Shown piece by piece: positions 28,099 through 37,971 of a DNA stretch of 64,000 nucleotides. Below the pieces are notes generated by a model. It was given only the letters and a program-made list of their open reading frames with translations. It did not search any database and was not told the origin of the DNA. Each line of letters starts with the position of its first letter. Position 1 is the stretch's first letter. Position numbers and translations under genes: made by a program. Source of the DNA: Nakamurella sp. (GTDB taxonomy: Bacteria; Actinomycetota; Actinomycetes; Mycobacteriales; Nakamurellaceae); NCBI GenBank assembly GCA_965277305.1, contig CBDICH010000005.1, positions 368,671 to 432,670 of the forward strand. Direction: 5' to 3'.

Positions 28099-29345
28099 TT
28101 CTTTCTACTTCCGGGCCGGGGTGCTCGAGCGGTGGACGACCGCACCGCGTCGCCGTCGATGCTGAAGAGCCGGCGCGGCGCCACCGGTGCTGCGGAGTCC
28201 ATCGGGCCGACGGGTGGGGCGGCGTCCCCGGCGGGCGCGGCAGCGTCCCTGACGGGGACTGCATCGGCATCGGCCGAGACGGCGGCCCGACTGCGCCACG
28301 GTCCGTCGGCCCGCGCAGCGGTGCCGACCGCCGAGGCGATCCGGATTTCGGCTTTGCGCACTGTGGCGAAGTCGATGGCTGGATTCAGCCGACCGACGAA
28401 GTCGTCGAAAGCGGCCACGGTGCTGAAGCTGGGTGTGAAGTCGACCTCGTCGCGCAACCGGGTGGTGTCCAGCACGCGACCGGCAGTGAGCGACCGAACC
28501 TGAGCCGCCGAGAAACCACTGAGGTGGAGGAGCTGCAGTACCCGGCCGACACCCTCGAGCGCGGGCGAGGGTATCTGCAGCGGCAGCCGACCGGCTCGAC
28601 GGATCGCCTGGGTCACGGTCATCGCACCCTCACCCGCGACGTTCACGATCCCGGCGAAGTCTCCGTGCACCAGGTGCTCGAGGAGCGCGACGACGTCGAG
28701 TTCGTGGACGAGCTGCATCCGGGTGTCGTGTCCGGCGACCACGGGCACGAGCGGCGACAGCGAGAAATACCTGGTCAGCGGTGTCCGCACGGTCGGCCCG
28801 ATGATCTCGGCAAAGCGGGGAACGGCGATCCGGACGTCGGGCCGGCGACGCCCGAAACCACGTACGTAGCCCTCGATGTCGACCGCGTCCCGGGCTTTGC
28901 CAACCGATGGCACGGAACGGGCCGGGGTGTGCTCGAAGGCCACGGCCGGGTCACGGGGCGAACTGCCGTAGACGGCCGAGGTCGACCGGACGATCAGGTT
29001 CCGGACGCAGGGGTTGCTCTGACACGCGGCGAGCAGCTGCATGGTGCCGAGGACGTTCATCTCCTTGGCCATCGACCGCGCGGCCGAACCGGCCGGCGTC
29101 GAAGAGGCCGAGGCGTGTACGACGGTGTCCACGCCGGCCGCCTCGATCACCTTGGAGATGATGGGGCTGCGGATGTCTGCTCGGGCGAACTCCGCGTCAC
29201 CCAGGCGGGCCCTGGCCGCAGGCTCCGGCAGCGCCGCGTCGACGCCGATGACCCGGTCGATACCAGGATGGGCGGCCAAGCGACCGGCGAGCGCCGATCC
29301 GATGTAACGAGTGACCCCGGTGACCAGCACGGTGAGTCCGGTCAT
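28095..29345 (-). CDS. NAD-dependent epimerase/dehydratase family protein
   Basis: VLVTGVTRYIG, NVLGTMQLLAAC, STSAVYG. Confidence 0.9.
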   Translation of the reverse strand: MTGLTVLVTGVTRYIGSALAGRLAAHPGIDRVIGVDAALPEPAARARLGDAEFARADIRSPIISKVIEAAGVDTVVHASASSTPAGSAARSMAKEMNVLGTMQLLAACQSNPCVRNLIVRSTSAVYGSSPRDPAVAFEHTPARSVPSVGKARDAVDIEGYVRGFGRRRPDVRIAVPRFAEIIGPTVRTPLTRYFSLSPLVPVVAGHDTRMQLVHELDVVALLEHLVHGDFAGIVNVAGEGAMTVTQAIRRAGRLPLQIPSPALEGVGRVLQLLHLSGFSAAQVRSLTAGRVLDTTRLRDEVDFTPSFSTVAAFDDFVGRLNPAIDFATVRKAEIRIASAVGTAARADGPWRSRAAVSADADAVPVRDAAAPAGDAAPPVGPMDSAAPVAPRRLFSIDGDAVRSSTARAPRPGSRKK

Positions 29346-29436
29346 GGGGTCTCCCAGGCGTAGCGATGACTGGTGGAAAGCGACTGCCCGTGGGACAGCT
29401 CACTTCCGGTGGAAACGGCGATCGTGAAAATGACGA

Positions 29437-29494
29437 ACGCGCACGGAACGGTGCTCGCGGCGATGCTGCCGTACGCTTCTCGTTCCGTGCGCGT
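29437..29494 (-). terminator. Intrinsic terminator-like hairpin after the bS22 gene
   Basis: 14-bp perfect inverted repeat ACGCGCACGGAACG/CGTTCCGTGCGCGT, followed by ATTTT on the minus strand. Confidence 0.7.
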
Positions 29495-29520
29495 GTCGAT
29501 CGATCAGGACTACGACGCTC

Positions 29521-29622
29521 TTACTTGCCGGCCTTGCGACGGGCGACGCGGGTCTTGCGCAACAGCTTGCGATGCTTCTTCTTGGCCATCCGCTTACGAC
29601 GCTTCTTGATCACAGAACCCAT
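29521..29622 (-). CDS. 30S ribosomal protein bS22 (AURKAIP1/COX24-like)
   Basis: [33 protein letters not shown]. Confidence 0.95.
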   Translation of the reverse strand: MGSVIKKRRKRMAKKKHRKLLRKTRVARRKAGK

Positions 29623-29872
29623 GTGCAGACCTTCTTGCCTAGACCAGCCGACGCTTGTCGTCGGCCTGATGAACGAGTGATCCACAGCTGACGGACTCGG
29701 CACGCAGCCGAGCCGCGTACGGACCGTCGACACTTTCAGCTGATCCTACCGGCTGGTCAGCGGTCGTCAGGACGCGTGGCGAACGGCCACGAGAGGTCGG
29801 ACCAGCGGACCGCTCGAGAAATCGATCGGCCTGCCGCCGCGCTCGACTGCCGGAGCATCCAACGGACCGGCG

Positions 29873-30097
29873 TCAGCCCACGTCGTTGTAAGCAGTCCGC
29901 AGGTAGTCGTGCACGGCCCGTTCCGGTACCCGGAAGGAGCGGCCCACCCGGACTGCGGGGACCTCTCCGGAGTGGACGAGCCGATACACCGTCATGCGGG
30001 ATACCCGCATGACGGTGGCGACCTCAGCCACCGTCAGAAACTTCATCTCTGCCAGCGAAGGATCTCGCTGGGCAGGGTCTTGTGGCTCTCCAGCCAT
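29873..30097 (-). CDS. Excisionase-family HTH DNA-binding protein (Rv0500A/BdtA-like)
   Basis: FLTVAEVATVMRVSRMTVYRLVHSGEVPAVRVGRSFRV. Confidence 0.92.
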   Translation of the reverse strand: MAGEPQDPAQRDPSLAEMKFLTVAEVATVMRVSRMTVYRLVHSGEVPAVRVGRSFRVPERAVHDYLRTAYNDVG

Positions 30098-30310
30098 AGG
30101 GCACCGTCTTCCGGCACGAATCGCGCCGCCGGCTTCCCCTCCGGTGGACACTCACGCACGTGCTGCGTGCACTCTAGCGTTACTGGTGGGACTAAAGCGA
30201 TGATGACTTTTACTCTTGCTTCACTCGATATGAAGCGTGACACGCCGTGACGGAATCACCAGTTTTGGTGACCGAAGGTTCTGTGCCCGGGCAGGTCGAG
30301 GACCGGGCCG

Positions 30311-31117
30311 TCAGTCGTGCGCCTTGCCCAGCGCGGCAGAGCGAAGCGAGGCCGCCTCGATGGCCGACAGCAGGGCCGCTCGCACTCCGTGGTTCTCCAG
30401 CTCGCGGATGGCGGCGATCGTGGTCCCGCCCGGTGAGGTCACGGCCTCCCGGAGGGCGACCGGGTGCTCACCGGAGTCGCGGAGCATGGTCGCGGCCCCG
30501 ACCGCCGACTGGATGATCAGGGTCGTCGAGACGTCGCGGGGCAGTCCGAGCAGGATGCCGGCGTCGATCATCGCCTCCACCAGGAAGAAGAAGTAGGCCG
30601 GTCCGGAACCGGAGAGCGCGGTCACCGCATCCTGCTGGGATTCCGGCACCCGGACGACCTTGCCGACCGAGGACAACAGATCTTCGACGAGCTGGAGGTG
30701 CTGCGCCGTGGCGTGCGTACCGGGCGAGATGGCACTCATCGCCTCACCCACCAGCATCGGCGTATTGGGCATGACCCGCACCACGGCGGTGCCCGCCGGC
30801 AGGTGCCGCTCGTAGAGGCTCGTGGGGAGTCCTGCGGCCAGGGAGACCACCAGCGTGCCGGGGGTGATGGATCCGGCCAGCGTGGTCAGCAGCGGTTCGA
30901 TGTCCTGCGGCTTCACCGCGACCACCAGCACGTCCGCGCTACGGGCGGCTTCCTCGGTCTGCACGCCGCGCACGCCGTACTTCGCGGTCAGCTCGGCAAC
31001 CCGCGCCGGATAGCGCTCGGTGAACATCAAGGAATCAGCGGGCCGCCCCGCGGCCAGTACTCCGGCGAGCAAGGCTTCGCCGATCTTGCCTGCCCCGAGA
31101 ATTCCAATCGTCGTCAT
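30311..31117 (-). CDS. proC: Pyrroline-5-carboxylate reductase
   Basis: GAGKIG, AVKPQ, RVMPNTP, SGSGPAY, VTSPGGTT. Confidence 0.96.
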   Translation of the reverse strand: MTTIGILGAGKIGEALLAGVLAAGRPADSLMFTERYPARVAELTAKYGVRGVQTEEAARSADVLVVAVKPQDIEPLLTTLAGSITPGTLVVSLAAGLPTSLYERHLPAGTAVVRVMPNTPMLVGEAMSAISPGTHATAQHLQLVEDLLSSVGKVVRVPESQQDAVTALSGSGPAYFFFLVEAMIDAGILLGLPRDVSTTLIIQSAVGAATMLRDSGEHPVALREAVTSPGGTTIAAIRELENHGVRAALLSAIEAASLRSAALGKAHD

Positions 31118-31186
31118 GGTTGACAAGGGTGCCATGCCGACCTGCACCCGGAATTCAGCAGCCGACCGGGCCACTAATCTGGGTCG

Positions 31187-32401
31187 GTGGACTCCCCCGG
31201 CGCCCCGCGGTCCGGCGGCCGGGTGCTGATCAGCGCCGCCGTCGTCGCGCTCGCTCTCAACCTCCGGCCGGCCGTCAACGGGCTCGGTGCCGTCACTCCG
31301 GAGTTGCGGGCGGCCACCGGCCTGTCCGGGGCATCGGTCGGTGTACTGCTTGCGCTACCCACCGTGTCGTTCGCCCTGCTCGGCCTGTCGGCCGCGTCGA
31401 TAGCGGCCCGGCTCGGCACCAACCGGACCGTGGTCTTCGCGCTGGGCGCCATGGTCGTCGGTCAACTGGCGCGTTCCGTGCTCACCGGGATACCCGCTCT
31501 GTTTCTCGGCTCCGCCGTGGCGTTGGCCGGGATCGCAGTGGGCAATGTGTTGATGCCGGGCATCGTCCGGCTGTATTTCCCCGACCGGATCGTGCTGATG
31601 ACGGCCGTCTACACCACGGCCCTGTCCGCCGGTGGTGCCATCGCGGCCGGCGTGACGCTCCCGATCGAGCACGCCGCCGGGGGCACCTGGCGGTTGGGGC
31701 TCGGGATGTGGGCCGTCACTGCGGCAATCGCGCTGGCCCCGTGGCTGGCCGTGCGCGCTCCGAGGCCGGCGGGCGGCAATCGCAAACGGCCGACCCTGAT
31801 CGGGACGCGGCAGCTCGCCCGAACCAGGCTGGCCTGGGTGATGGTGGGCTTCTTCGGTACCCAAGCCCTCCAGGCATACGTGATGTTCGGCTGGCTACCG
31901 GAAATCCTGACCAGCGCCGGTACCACGGATACCATTGCTGCCCTTTATGTTTCGCTGCTCGCGTTGATCGGCGTGGTGATCGCTGCGATCGTGCCGCCGC
32001 TGCTGGCCCACGTACCGGTGGTGGCGGTGATCATCACCATGGCGAGTTGCTACCTGGCCGGATACGTCGGCCTGATCCTGGCCGCCGACACCGCGACCTG
32101 GCTGTGGACGGTTCTGGTCGGGATCGGAACCGGCGCGTTCCCGGTCGCCCTGACGCTGATCGGCCAGCGGGCCAGGACGACCGGGGGCACGTTGGCACTG
32201 TCCGGCTTCACCCAGTCGTTCGGCTACCTGTTGGCTTCGATCGGCCCGGTGCTCTTCGGCGTCGTCCATGACGTGAGCGGGGGCTGGACCACGCCCCTGC
32301 TGATGCTGATCGGCCTGGTCCTCGTGCATCTGGTCTTCGGTCTGGCCGCCGCCAGAACCAGATACATCGAGGACGAATTGGCGCCGGTCGGCGTCGGTTG
32401 A
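31187..32401 (+). CDS. MFS transporter, CynX/NimT type
   Basis: ALNLRP, GNVLMPG, SGFTQSFGYLLA; 12 TM-like segments. Confidence 0.9.
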   Translation: MDSPGAPRSGGRVLISAAVVALALNLRPAVNGLGAVTPELRAATGLSGASVGVLLALPTVSFALLGLSAASIAARLGTNRTVVFALGAMVVGQLARSVLTGIPALFLGSAVALAGIAVGNVLMPGIVRLYFPDRIVLMTAVYTTALSAGGAIAAGVTLPIEHAAGGTWRLGLGMWAVTAAIALAPWLAVRAPRPAGGNRKRPTLIGTRQLARTRLAWVMVGFFGTQALQAYVMFGWLPEILTSAGTTDTIAALYVSLLALIGVVIAAIVPPLLAHVPVVAVIITMASCYLAGYVGLILAADTATWLWTVLVGIGTGAFPVALTLIGQRARTTGGTLALSGFTQSFGYLLASIGPVLFGVVHDVSGGWTTPLLMLIGLVLVHLVFGLAAARTRYIEDELAPVGVG

Positions 32402-32436
32402 TCGTTGCCCGGGGCTCGATCGCCCGCAAGGATCGA

Positions 32437-33567
32437 TCAGCCGGCGAACAGCAGAGCGGTCGCAGTCGCCGCGCGACCCTCGCCGCGACCGGTCAGGCCC
32501 AGACCGTCGGTGGTGGTCCCGGCCACCGACACCGGCGCCCCGACCACTGCGGACAGGATCTGCTCGGCCTCCCGCCGTCGTGGCGCCAGCCTGGGCGTGT
32601 TGGCGATGACCTGGACTGTGGCGTTGCCGACGACGAAACCGGCGGCGGTCACCCTGCTCATCACTTCGGCCAGGAGGTCCGTCCCGGAGGCGCCGAACCA
32701 GCGTTCCTGTCCCGTCCCGAAAACGGTGCCCAGATCCCCCAGACCGGCGGCGGAGAGCAGGGCGTCACACAGCGCGTGGGCCGCGACGTCGCCGTCGGAG
32801 TGTCCCTCGCAGCCGTCGACTTCGGGAAAGTGGAGACCGGCCACGAAACAGGGCCGACCGGCGGCGATCGGGTGGACGTCGATGCCACTGCCGATGCGGG
32901 GTACCGCGCCTGCCGTCATGCGTCTGGCCTCCGCGAGGTCCGCCGGGGTGGTGATCTTGAATGCGGCCCGGTGGCCGGGCACGAAGACGGGTTGCACGCC
33001 CATGAGCTCCACCAGGGCGGCGTCGTCGGTAGCGGTGATCCCGTCCCGGCGGGCCCGTTCGTGGGCCTGCCTGAGCAGATCGGGGGCGAAGCCCTGCGGG
33101 GTCTGGACGATGCGGAGGGACTCACGATCGATCACCGACGGGCCGCCACCTGCCTGCACCCGGCGGATGGTGTCGACGACGGGCAGTACCGGGACAACGG
33201 CCTGGGCGCCGCCCTGGACGGCCTCGATCACGCTTCTGATCACGGCGACCGGAACAAAGGCTCGGGCGGCGTCGTGGACGAGCAGGACGCTGGCGGAAGG
33301 GTCACTGCGTTCGAGCGCAGCACGGACCGAGGCAACGCGATCGGAGCCGCCCACCACGACCACGGCGGAGTCACCGAGCAACTTGGTCGCCGAACCGAGC
33401 TCAGCCGAACCGACGGCGACGATCACCTGATCCACCCCGGCCTCGCGCAGCCGGTTCACCGCGTGGACCAACATCGGGCTGGACCCGACGACGGCAAACG
33501 CTTTGGGCAGGCCGAGACCCAGCCGTTCGCCTCGCCCGGCCGCCGGGACCAGCGCGACGACGCTCAT
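32437..33567 (-). CDS. ispDF: Bifunctional IspD/IspF (MEP cytidylyltransferase plus MEcDP synthase)
   Basis: IspD motifs [25 protein letters not shown] continue in frame into IspF motifs GIDVH, GHSDGDV, TTTDGLG. Confidence 0.92.
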   Translation of the reverse strand: MSVVALVPAAGRGERLGLGLPKAFAVVGSSPMLVHAVNRLREAGVDQVIVAVGSAELGSATKLLGDSAVVVVGGSDRVASVRAALERSDPSASVLLVHDAARAFVPVAVIRSVIEAVQGGAQAVVPVLPVVDTIRRVQAGGGPSVIDRESLRIVQTPQGFAPDLLRQAHERARRDGITATDDAALVELMGVQPVFVPGHRAAFKITTPADLAEARRMTAGAVPRIGSGIDVHPIAAGRPCFVAGLHFPEVDGCEGHSDGDVAAHALCDALLSAAGLGDLGTVFGTGQERWFGASGTDLLAEVMSRVTAAGFVVGNATVQVIANTPRLAPRRREAEQILSAVVGAPVSVAGTTTDGLGLTGRGEGRAATATALLFAG

Positions 33568-33633
33568 CCACACACCCCGCCCGGGTCCGTCTCGGACGAA
33601 CCAGGCGGGCGGGGTGACGGGTAGCGACGCAGT

Positions 33634-34116
33634 TCAGGAAGCAAGTACCTCGTCGAGGATGCCCTCGGCCTTGTCCTCGTTCGTGCCCTCGGCCAACGCC
33701 AGCTCGGAGACGAGGATCTGCCTGGCCTTGGCCAGCATCCGCTTCTCGCCGGCCGACAGCCCGCGTTCCTTGTCACGGCGCCACAGATCGCGAACGACTT
33801 CAGCGACCTTGTTGACATCGCCGGAAGCCAGTTTCTCGAGGTTGGCCTTGTAACGGCGCGACCAGTTGGTGGGCTCTTCGGTGTGCGGCGCACGCAGCAC
33901 GTCGAAGACCTTGTTCAATCCCGTCTGGTCAACCACATCACGAACGCCGACGATCTCCGCGTTCTCCGCGGGGACCTTCACCGTCAGATCACCCTGGGCG
34001 ACCTTCAGGACGAGGTAGAGACGCTCCTCGCCCTTGACGATCCGCGTTTCGGTGGCCTGGATCAGAGCGGCCCCATGATGGGGGTAGACGACAGTTTCGC
34101 CGACCTTGAAAACCAT
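33634..34116 (-). CDS. carD: CarD transcription factor
   Basis: [23 protein letters not shown]. Confidence 0.97.
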   Translation of the reverse strand: MVFKVGETVVYPHHGAALIQATETRIVKGEERLYLVLKVAQGDLTVKVPAENAEIVGVRDVVDQTGLNKVFDVLRAPHTEEPTNWSRRYKANLEKLASGDVNKVAEVVRDLWRRDKERGLSAGEKRMLAKARQILVSELALAEGTNEDKAEGILDEVLAS

Positions 34117-34448
34117 GTGTCTGGTACCCCTTTCGATACCGCCATCTTAACACGTCCTGAACCCGTGCATCGACTCGTTGTCGCAGGTCAGGGGGTTGAC
34201 CGATGCTTGACAAAGTATGGTTGCGCGTGCATTCGATGTGAATTCGCCCAGTATCGCCACGCCTTCGGGCGTTGCTCGCGCGTCGACCCGGAACCGATTT
34301 GCCGACAGGGTGCGCGCCCGACGCACACGTCCGGCCGGCGGCCGACTAATCTGAGCAGAGATCGTGGTCTCCGGTTGTTCGGGGTCGCCCCGATCCGGGT
34401 TCCAGCGCACTTGCCAACGATCTTTTCTTCAGCCAAAGGGGAACCGCC

Positions 34449-35057
34449 GTGTCCCGCTTCGTCCGCTCGCCACGTCGCGGGCTCCGGCCCGTGGTCGCGG
34501 TCCTGGTTGCGGCCCTCGCCCTGTCCGGTTGCGCCGCGGGGCAGATTTCCCAGACCGCCGACCAGGTGGCCGCAATCGATGGGGCCAACGGCACCGTGGG
34601 ATACATGGGCGTCCGGAACGTCTTGCTGGCCACCACGACCGGCGCCGACTACGCCAAGGGCGCGAACGCGCCGCTGGAGCTATGGGTGTCCAACACCGGC
34701 ATCCAGGCGGACACGCTGACCGGCATCACGACACCCGCGGCCACCTCGGTCGTGATCAACGGTGTGGCCCGCATTCCGGGCCAGACGCTCAAGGACTTCA
34801 CCGGAGACACCAACACCATCACCCTCAGGGGTCTGACCTCGACGATCACCTATGGACAGTCGGTGCCGGTGACGTTCTCGTTCGCCTCGGCCGGAACCCT
34901 GACCGTCAACGTGCCGATCGCGATCCCGCCCGTGCGGACCACCGGCCGCGAGGAGGTCAACATCGAGGAGCCCGACCAGACCTCGCTGTGGCAGCCCGGC
35001 GAAGCGGACGGGTCGGCCGCACCGTCCTCGTCCGTGGCAACATCCGCCGGAGGCTGA
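34449..35057 (+). CDS. lpqE: LpqE-like lipoprotein
   Basis: LSGCAAGQISQTA lipobox; conserved position between carD and radA. Confidence 0.8.
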   Translation: MSRFVRSPRRGLRPVVAVLVAALALSGCAAGQISQTADQVAAIDGANGTVGYMGVRNVLLATTTGADYAKGANAPLELWVSNTGIQADTLTGITTPAATSVVINGVARIPGQTLKDFTGDTNTITLRGLTSTITYGQSVPVTFSFASAGTLTVNVPIAIPPVRTTGREEVNIEEPDQTSLWQPGEADGSAAPSSSVATSAGG

Positions 35058-35107
35058 CCAGCGCTTTCCCCGCAGATCGACGCCTGGCCGGTGAGTCCTT
35101 CCGGCGC

Positions 35108-35133
35108 TGTCGGTGGCCTGAACTAGTGTTCGA
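35108..35133 (+). promoter_or_regulatory. radA promoter: PafBC/RecA-NDp motif overlapping a LexA SOS box
   Basis: TGTCGG-N10-TAGTGT (35108-35129) and CTGAAC-TAGT-GTTCGA (35118-35133). Confidence 0.8.
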
Positions 35134-35136
35134 ATC

Positions 35137-36630
35137 ATGACCGGAAACTCGTCCTTCCCGAACCGCTCGTCCTTCTCTTCCGGCTCCGCCGGAACATCCG
35201 TCGGTGCCGCGCGATCCTCGACGAAGGCCGCGAAGTCGGCCAAGCCGGCTTTCCACTGCACCGAGTGTGGTGCCTCCGTCCCCAAGTGGGCTGGACGCTG
35301 CCCGAATTGCCAGGCCTGGGGCAGCCTCGCCGAAGTCGGTGCGCAGCAGACGATGCTGCGAAAGGTCACCCCCGGTCCGGTGACCGGGCCGGCCCGTCCG
35401 ATCGGCGACATCGATGCCAGCCAGGTCAGTGCCCAGCCCAGTGGCGTCGCCGAGTTGGATCGGGTGCTGGGCGGCGGCCTGGTCCCCGGCGGAGTCGTCC
35501 TGCTGGCGGGTGAGCCGGGCGTCGGCAAATCAACCCTGTTGCTGTCCGCCGCGCACGCCTGGGCCACGACGCACCGAACGCCGGCGTTGATCATCACGGG
35601 CGAGGAGTCGGCTGCCCAGGTACGGATGCGAGCCGACCGGATGGGCTGCATCCATCCCAACCTCTACCTGGCCGCGGAAACCGAGATGTCCGCCGTGCTG
35701 GCCCACATCGACGCCGTGAACCCAGGTCTGTTGATCCTGGACTCGGTGCAGACGGTGTCGCTCTCCGAAGTGGACGGCAGCGCCGGCGGCGTGACGCAGG
35801 TGCGCGCGGTCGCCGCGACCCTGACCGCCATCGCCAGGGAGCGGGGCATCGCCTGCGTACTGGTCGGGCACGTCACGAAGGACGGCGCCATCGCCGGGCC
35901 GCGAGTCCTGGAACACCTGGTCGACGTGGTGCTGCAGTTCGAAGGCGATCGGAACTCCGCACTCCGACTCATCCGCGGGGTGAAGAACCGGTTCGGGCCG
36001 TCCGACGAGGTGGGCTGCTTCAAGATGGTGGAGAACGGGATCATCGGACTGAGCGACGCGTCAGGCCTGTTCCTGTCCGGCCGCAAGCTCCACATTCCCG
36101 GTACCTGCAGCACCGTGACCATGCAGGGCCGGCGCGCGATACCCGTGGAGCTGCAGGCTCTGGTTGGACCGGGCGACAGCGACGGACCGCCGCGCCGCAC
36201 CCTGTCCGGCCTGGACAGCTCACGCGCGGCGATGGTGCTGGCCATCCTGCACCGGCTCGGCGGCGTCGACGTCGCCAAGCGCGAGGTCCTGGCCGCCACC
36301 GTCGGAGGCGTCAAGGTCACCGAACCCGGCGCCGATCTCCCGCTGGCCATGGCGGTGTGGTCCTCCGCCCGGGACATCCCCTTGGCCCCTGGCCTGATCA
36401 TGTTCGGCGAACTCGGGTTGTCCGCGGAGATCCGACCGGTGCAGAACATGGATCGACGGCTCGCTGAAGCGTCGCGACTGGGCTTCGACCACGCTGTCAT
36501 TCCGGCAGGTGACGCTCTCGAGCGCCCGGTCGGCATGCGGGTGGACCGGGCCGAGAATCTGGGCGACGCCATGCGGTCGCTGGGCAACGACGACGGCGTC
36601 GTCCGGTGGTTGTCCCGGAAAGCGAAGTAG
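35137..36630 (+). CDS. radA: DNA repair protein RadA/Sms
   Basis: C4 zinc finger, GEPGVGKS, KNRFG, Lon-like C-terminal domain. Confidence 0.96.
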   Translation: MTGNSSFPNRSSFSSGSAGTSVGAARSSTKAAKSAKPAFHCTECGASVPKWAGRCPNCQAWGSLAEVGAQQTMLRKVTPGPVTGPARPIGDIDASQVSAQPSGVAELDRVLGGGLVPGGVVLLAGEPGVGKSTLLLSAAHAWATTHRTPALIITGEESAAQVRMRADRMGCIHPNLYLAAETEMSAVLAHIDAVNPGLLILDSVQTVSLSEVDGSAGGVTQVRAVAATLTAIARERGIACVLVGHVTKDGAIAGPRVLEHLVDVVLQFEGDRNSALRLIRGVKNRFGPSDEVGCFKMVENGIIGLSDASGLFLSGRKLHIPGTCSTVTMQGRRAIPVELQALVGPGDSDGPPRRTLSGLDSSRAAMVLAILHRLGGVDVAKREVLAATVGGVKVTEPGADLPLAMAVWSSARDIPLAPGLIMFGELGLSAEIRPVQNMDRRLAEASRLGFDHAVIPAGDALERPVGMRVDRAENLGDAMRSLGNDDGVVRWLSRKAK

Positions 36631-36778
36631 TCCGCTTTCACGGCGCATCGTTCCGAGTACGTGGCACCGCACGGCCAACTAGACTGACTCCGATCTTCAC
36701 GGCCCAGTGTCTGGGCCTGGGCCCGCACGTGGTTTCCAGCATCGGCGCCGAACGAGGACAACTGAAACGGGGGTTCTG

Positions 36779-37870
36779 GTGGTCGACGAGCGCACGACCG
36801 TGGTGGCTCAGCGGGATGTGTTGGCACGGATGGCACCGGGGACGCCGCTCCGCGAGGGTCTGGAGCGAATCCTCCGAGGCCGTACGGGCGCGCTGATCGT
36901 GCTGGGTTACAACCCCACCGTCGAAGCGATGTGCGACGGTGGATTCTCCCTCGATGTCGAGTTCTCGCCGACGCGGCTGCGCGAGCTGTGCAAGATGGAC
37001 GGCGCCGTCGTGTTGAGCGACGACGCGACCCGGATCCTGCGGGCCAATGTCCAGCTGATGCCGGATGCGATCATCGCCACCGTGGAGTCGGGCACTCGGC
37101 ACCGCACCGCAGAGCGGGCCGCGATCCAGACCGGCCTCCCGGTAATCGCGGTAAGCCATTCCATGGCCATCATCAGCCTCTATTTCGGCGGTCTGCGACA
37201 TGTGGTGGCGGATCCGTCTGCCATCCTCGGCCGCGCGAATCAGGCGTTGGCCACCCTGCAGCGCTACAAGTCGAGACTGGACGAGGTCACCGGCACGCTC
37301 TCGGCTCTCGAGATCGAGGATTTCGCCACGCTCCGCGACGCGATGACGGTGCTGCAACGGCTACTCATGGTCCGGCGTATCGCGGACGAGCTGACCAGCA
37401 GCGCCATCGAACTCGGAACCGACGGGCGACTGCTCGGCCTGCAGCTCGACGAATTGGTCAGTGGTACCGAAGAGATGCGCGAGCTGCTCATCCGCGACTA
37501 TCTTCCGCCCGAGTACGTCGACCGCGATGTGCAGGACGTCATCGCCAGCCTGCGTCGCCTCGACGAGACAGAGATCCTCGACCTGAACGCGGTGGCCAAG
37601 GTGCTCGGTTACCCCGGGCAGCTGGACACCCTGGAGTGGCCGATCAGCCCTCGTGGTTACCGACTGCTGGCCGGCATTCCCCGAGTCCCGCCTGCCGTGC
37701 TCGATCGACTGATCCTGCATTTCGGCAATCTGCAGGGTTTGCTCGCAGCCACGGCGGCGGATCTTCAACTCGTCGACGGAGTGGGTGAGGGTCGCGCCCG
37801 CGTGGTACGGGAGGGCCTGTCACGTCTGGCGGAGACTTCGATCGTCGACCGCTACGGAGCTCCGCTCTAG
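36779..37870 (+). CDS. disA: DNA integrity scanning diadenylate cyclase
   Basis: [28 protein letters not shown]-terminal HhH. Confidence 0.96.
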   Translation: MVDERTTVVAQRDVLARMAPGTPLREGLERILRGRTGALIVLGYNPTVEAMCDGGFSLDVEFSPTRLRELCKMDGAVVLSDDATRILRANVQLMPDAIIATVESGTRHRTAERAAIQTGLPVIAVSHSMAIISLYFGGLRHVVADPSAILGRANQALATLQRYKSRLDEVTGTLSALEIEDFATLRDAMTVLQRLLMVRRIADELTSSAIELGTDGRLLGLQLDELVSGTEEMRELLIRDYLPPEYVDRDVQDVIASLRRLDETEILDLNAVAKVLGYPGQLDTLEWPISPRGYRLLAGIPRVPPAVLDRLILHFGNLQGLLAATAADLQLVDGVGEGRARVVREGLSRLAETSIVDRYGAPL

Positions 37871-37923
37871 CGGCAGTGGCGCCGTAGGAGAGTCGGGGGG
37901 CAGCTGATGGCGTGGCCAGTCAT

Positions 37924-37971
37924 GGCGTGATCAGTGGACGGCGTGATCAGTGGACGGCGTGATCAGTTGAT
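37924..37971. repeat. 16-bp tandem repeat GGCGTGATCAGTGGAC x3
   Basis: Copies at 37924, 37940 and 37956 (the last includes the stop of the minus-strand gene); a degenerate copy at 37909. Confidence 0.9.

Noticed and set aside
29873-30097. Excisionase as a sign of a prophage or ICE
   Set aside because: This is the conserved chromosomal Rv0500A-type gene between proC and bS22; no integrase or att site was seen
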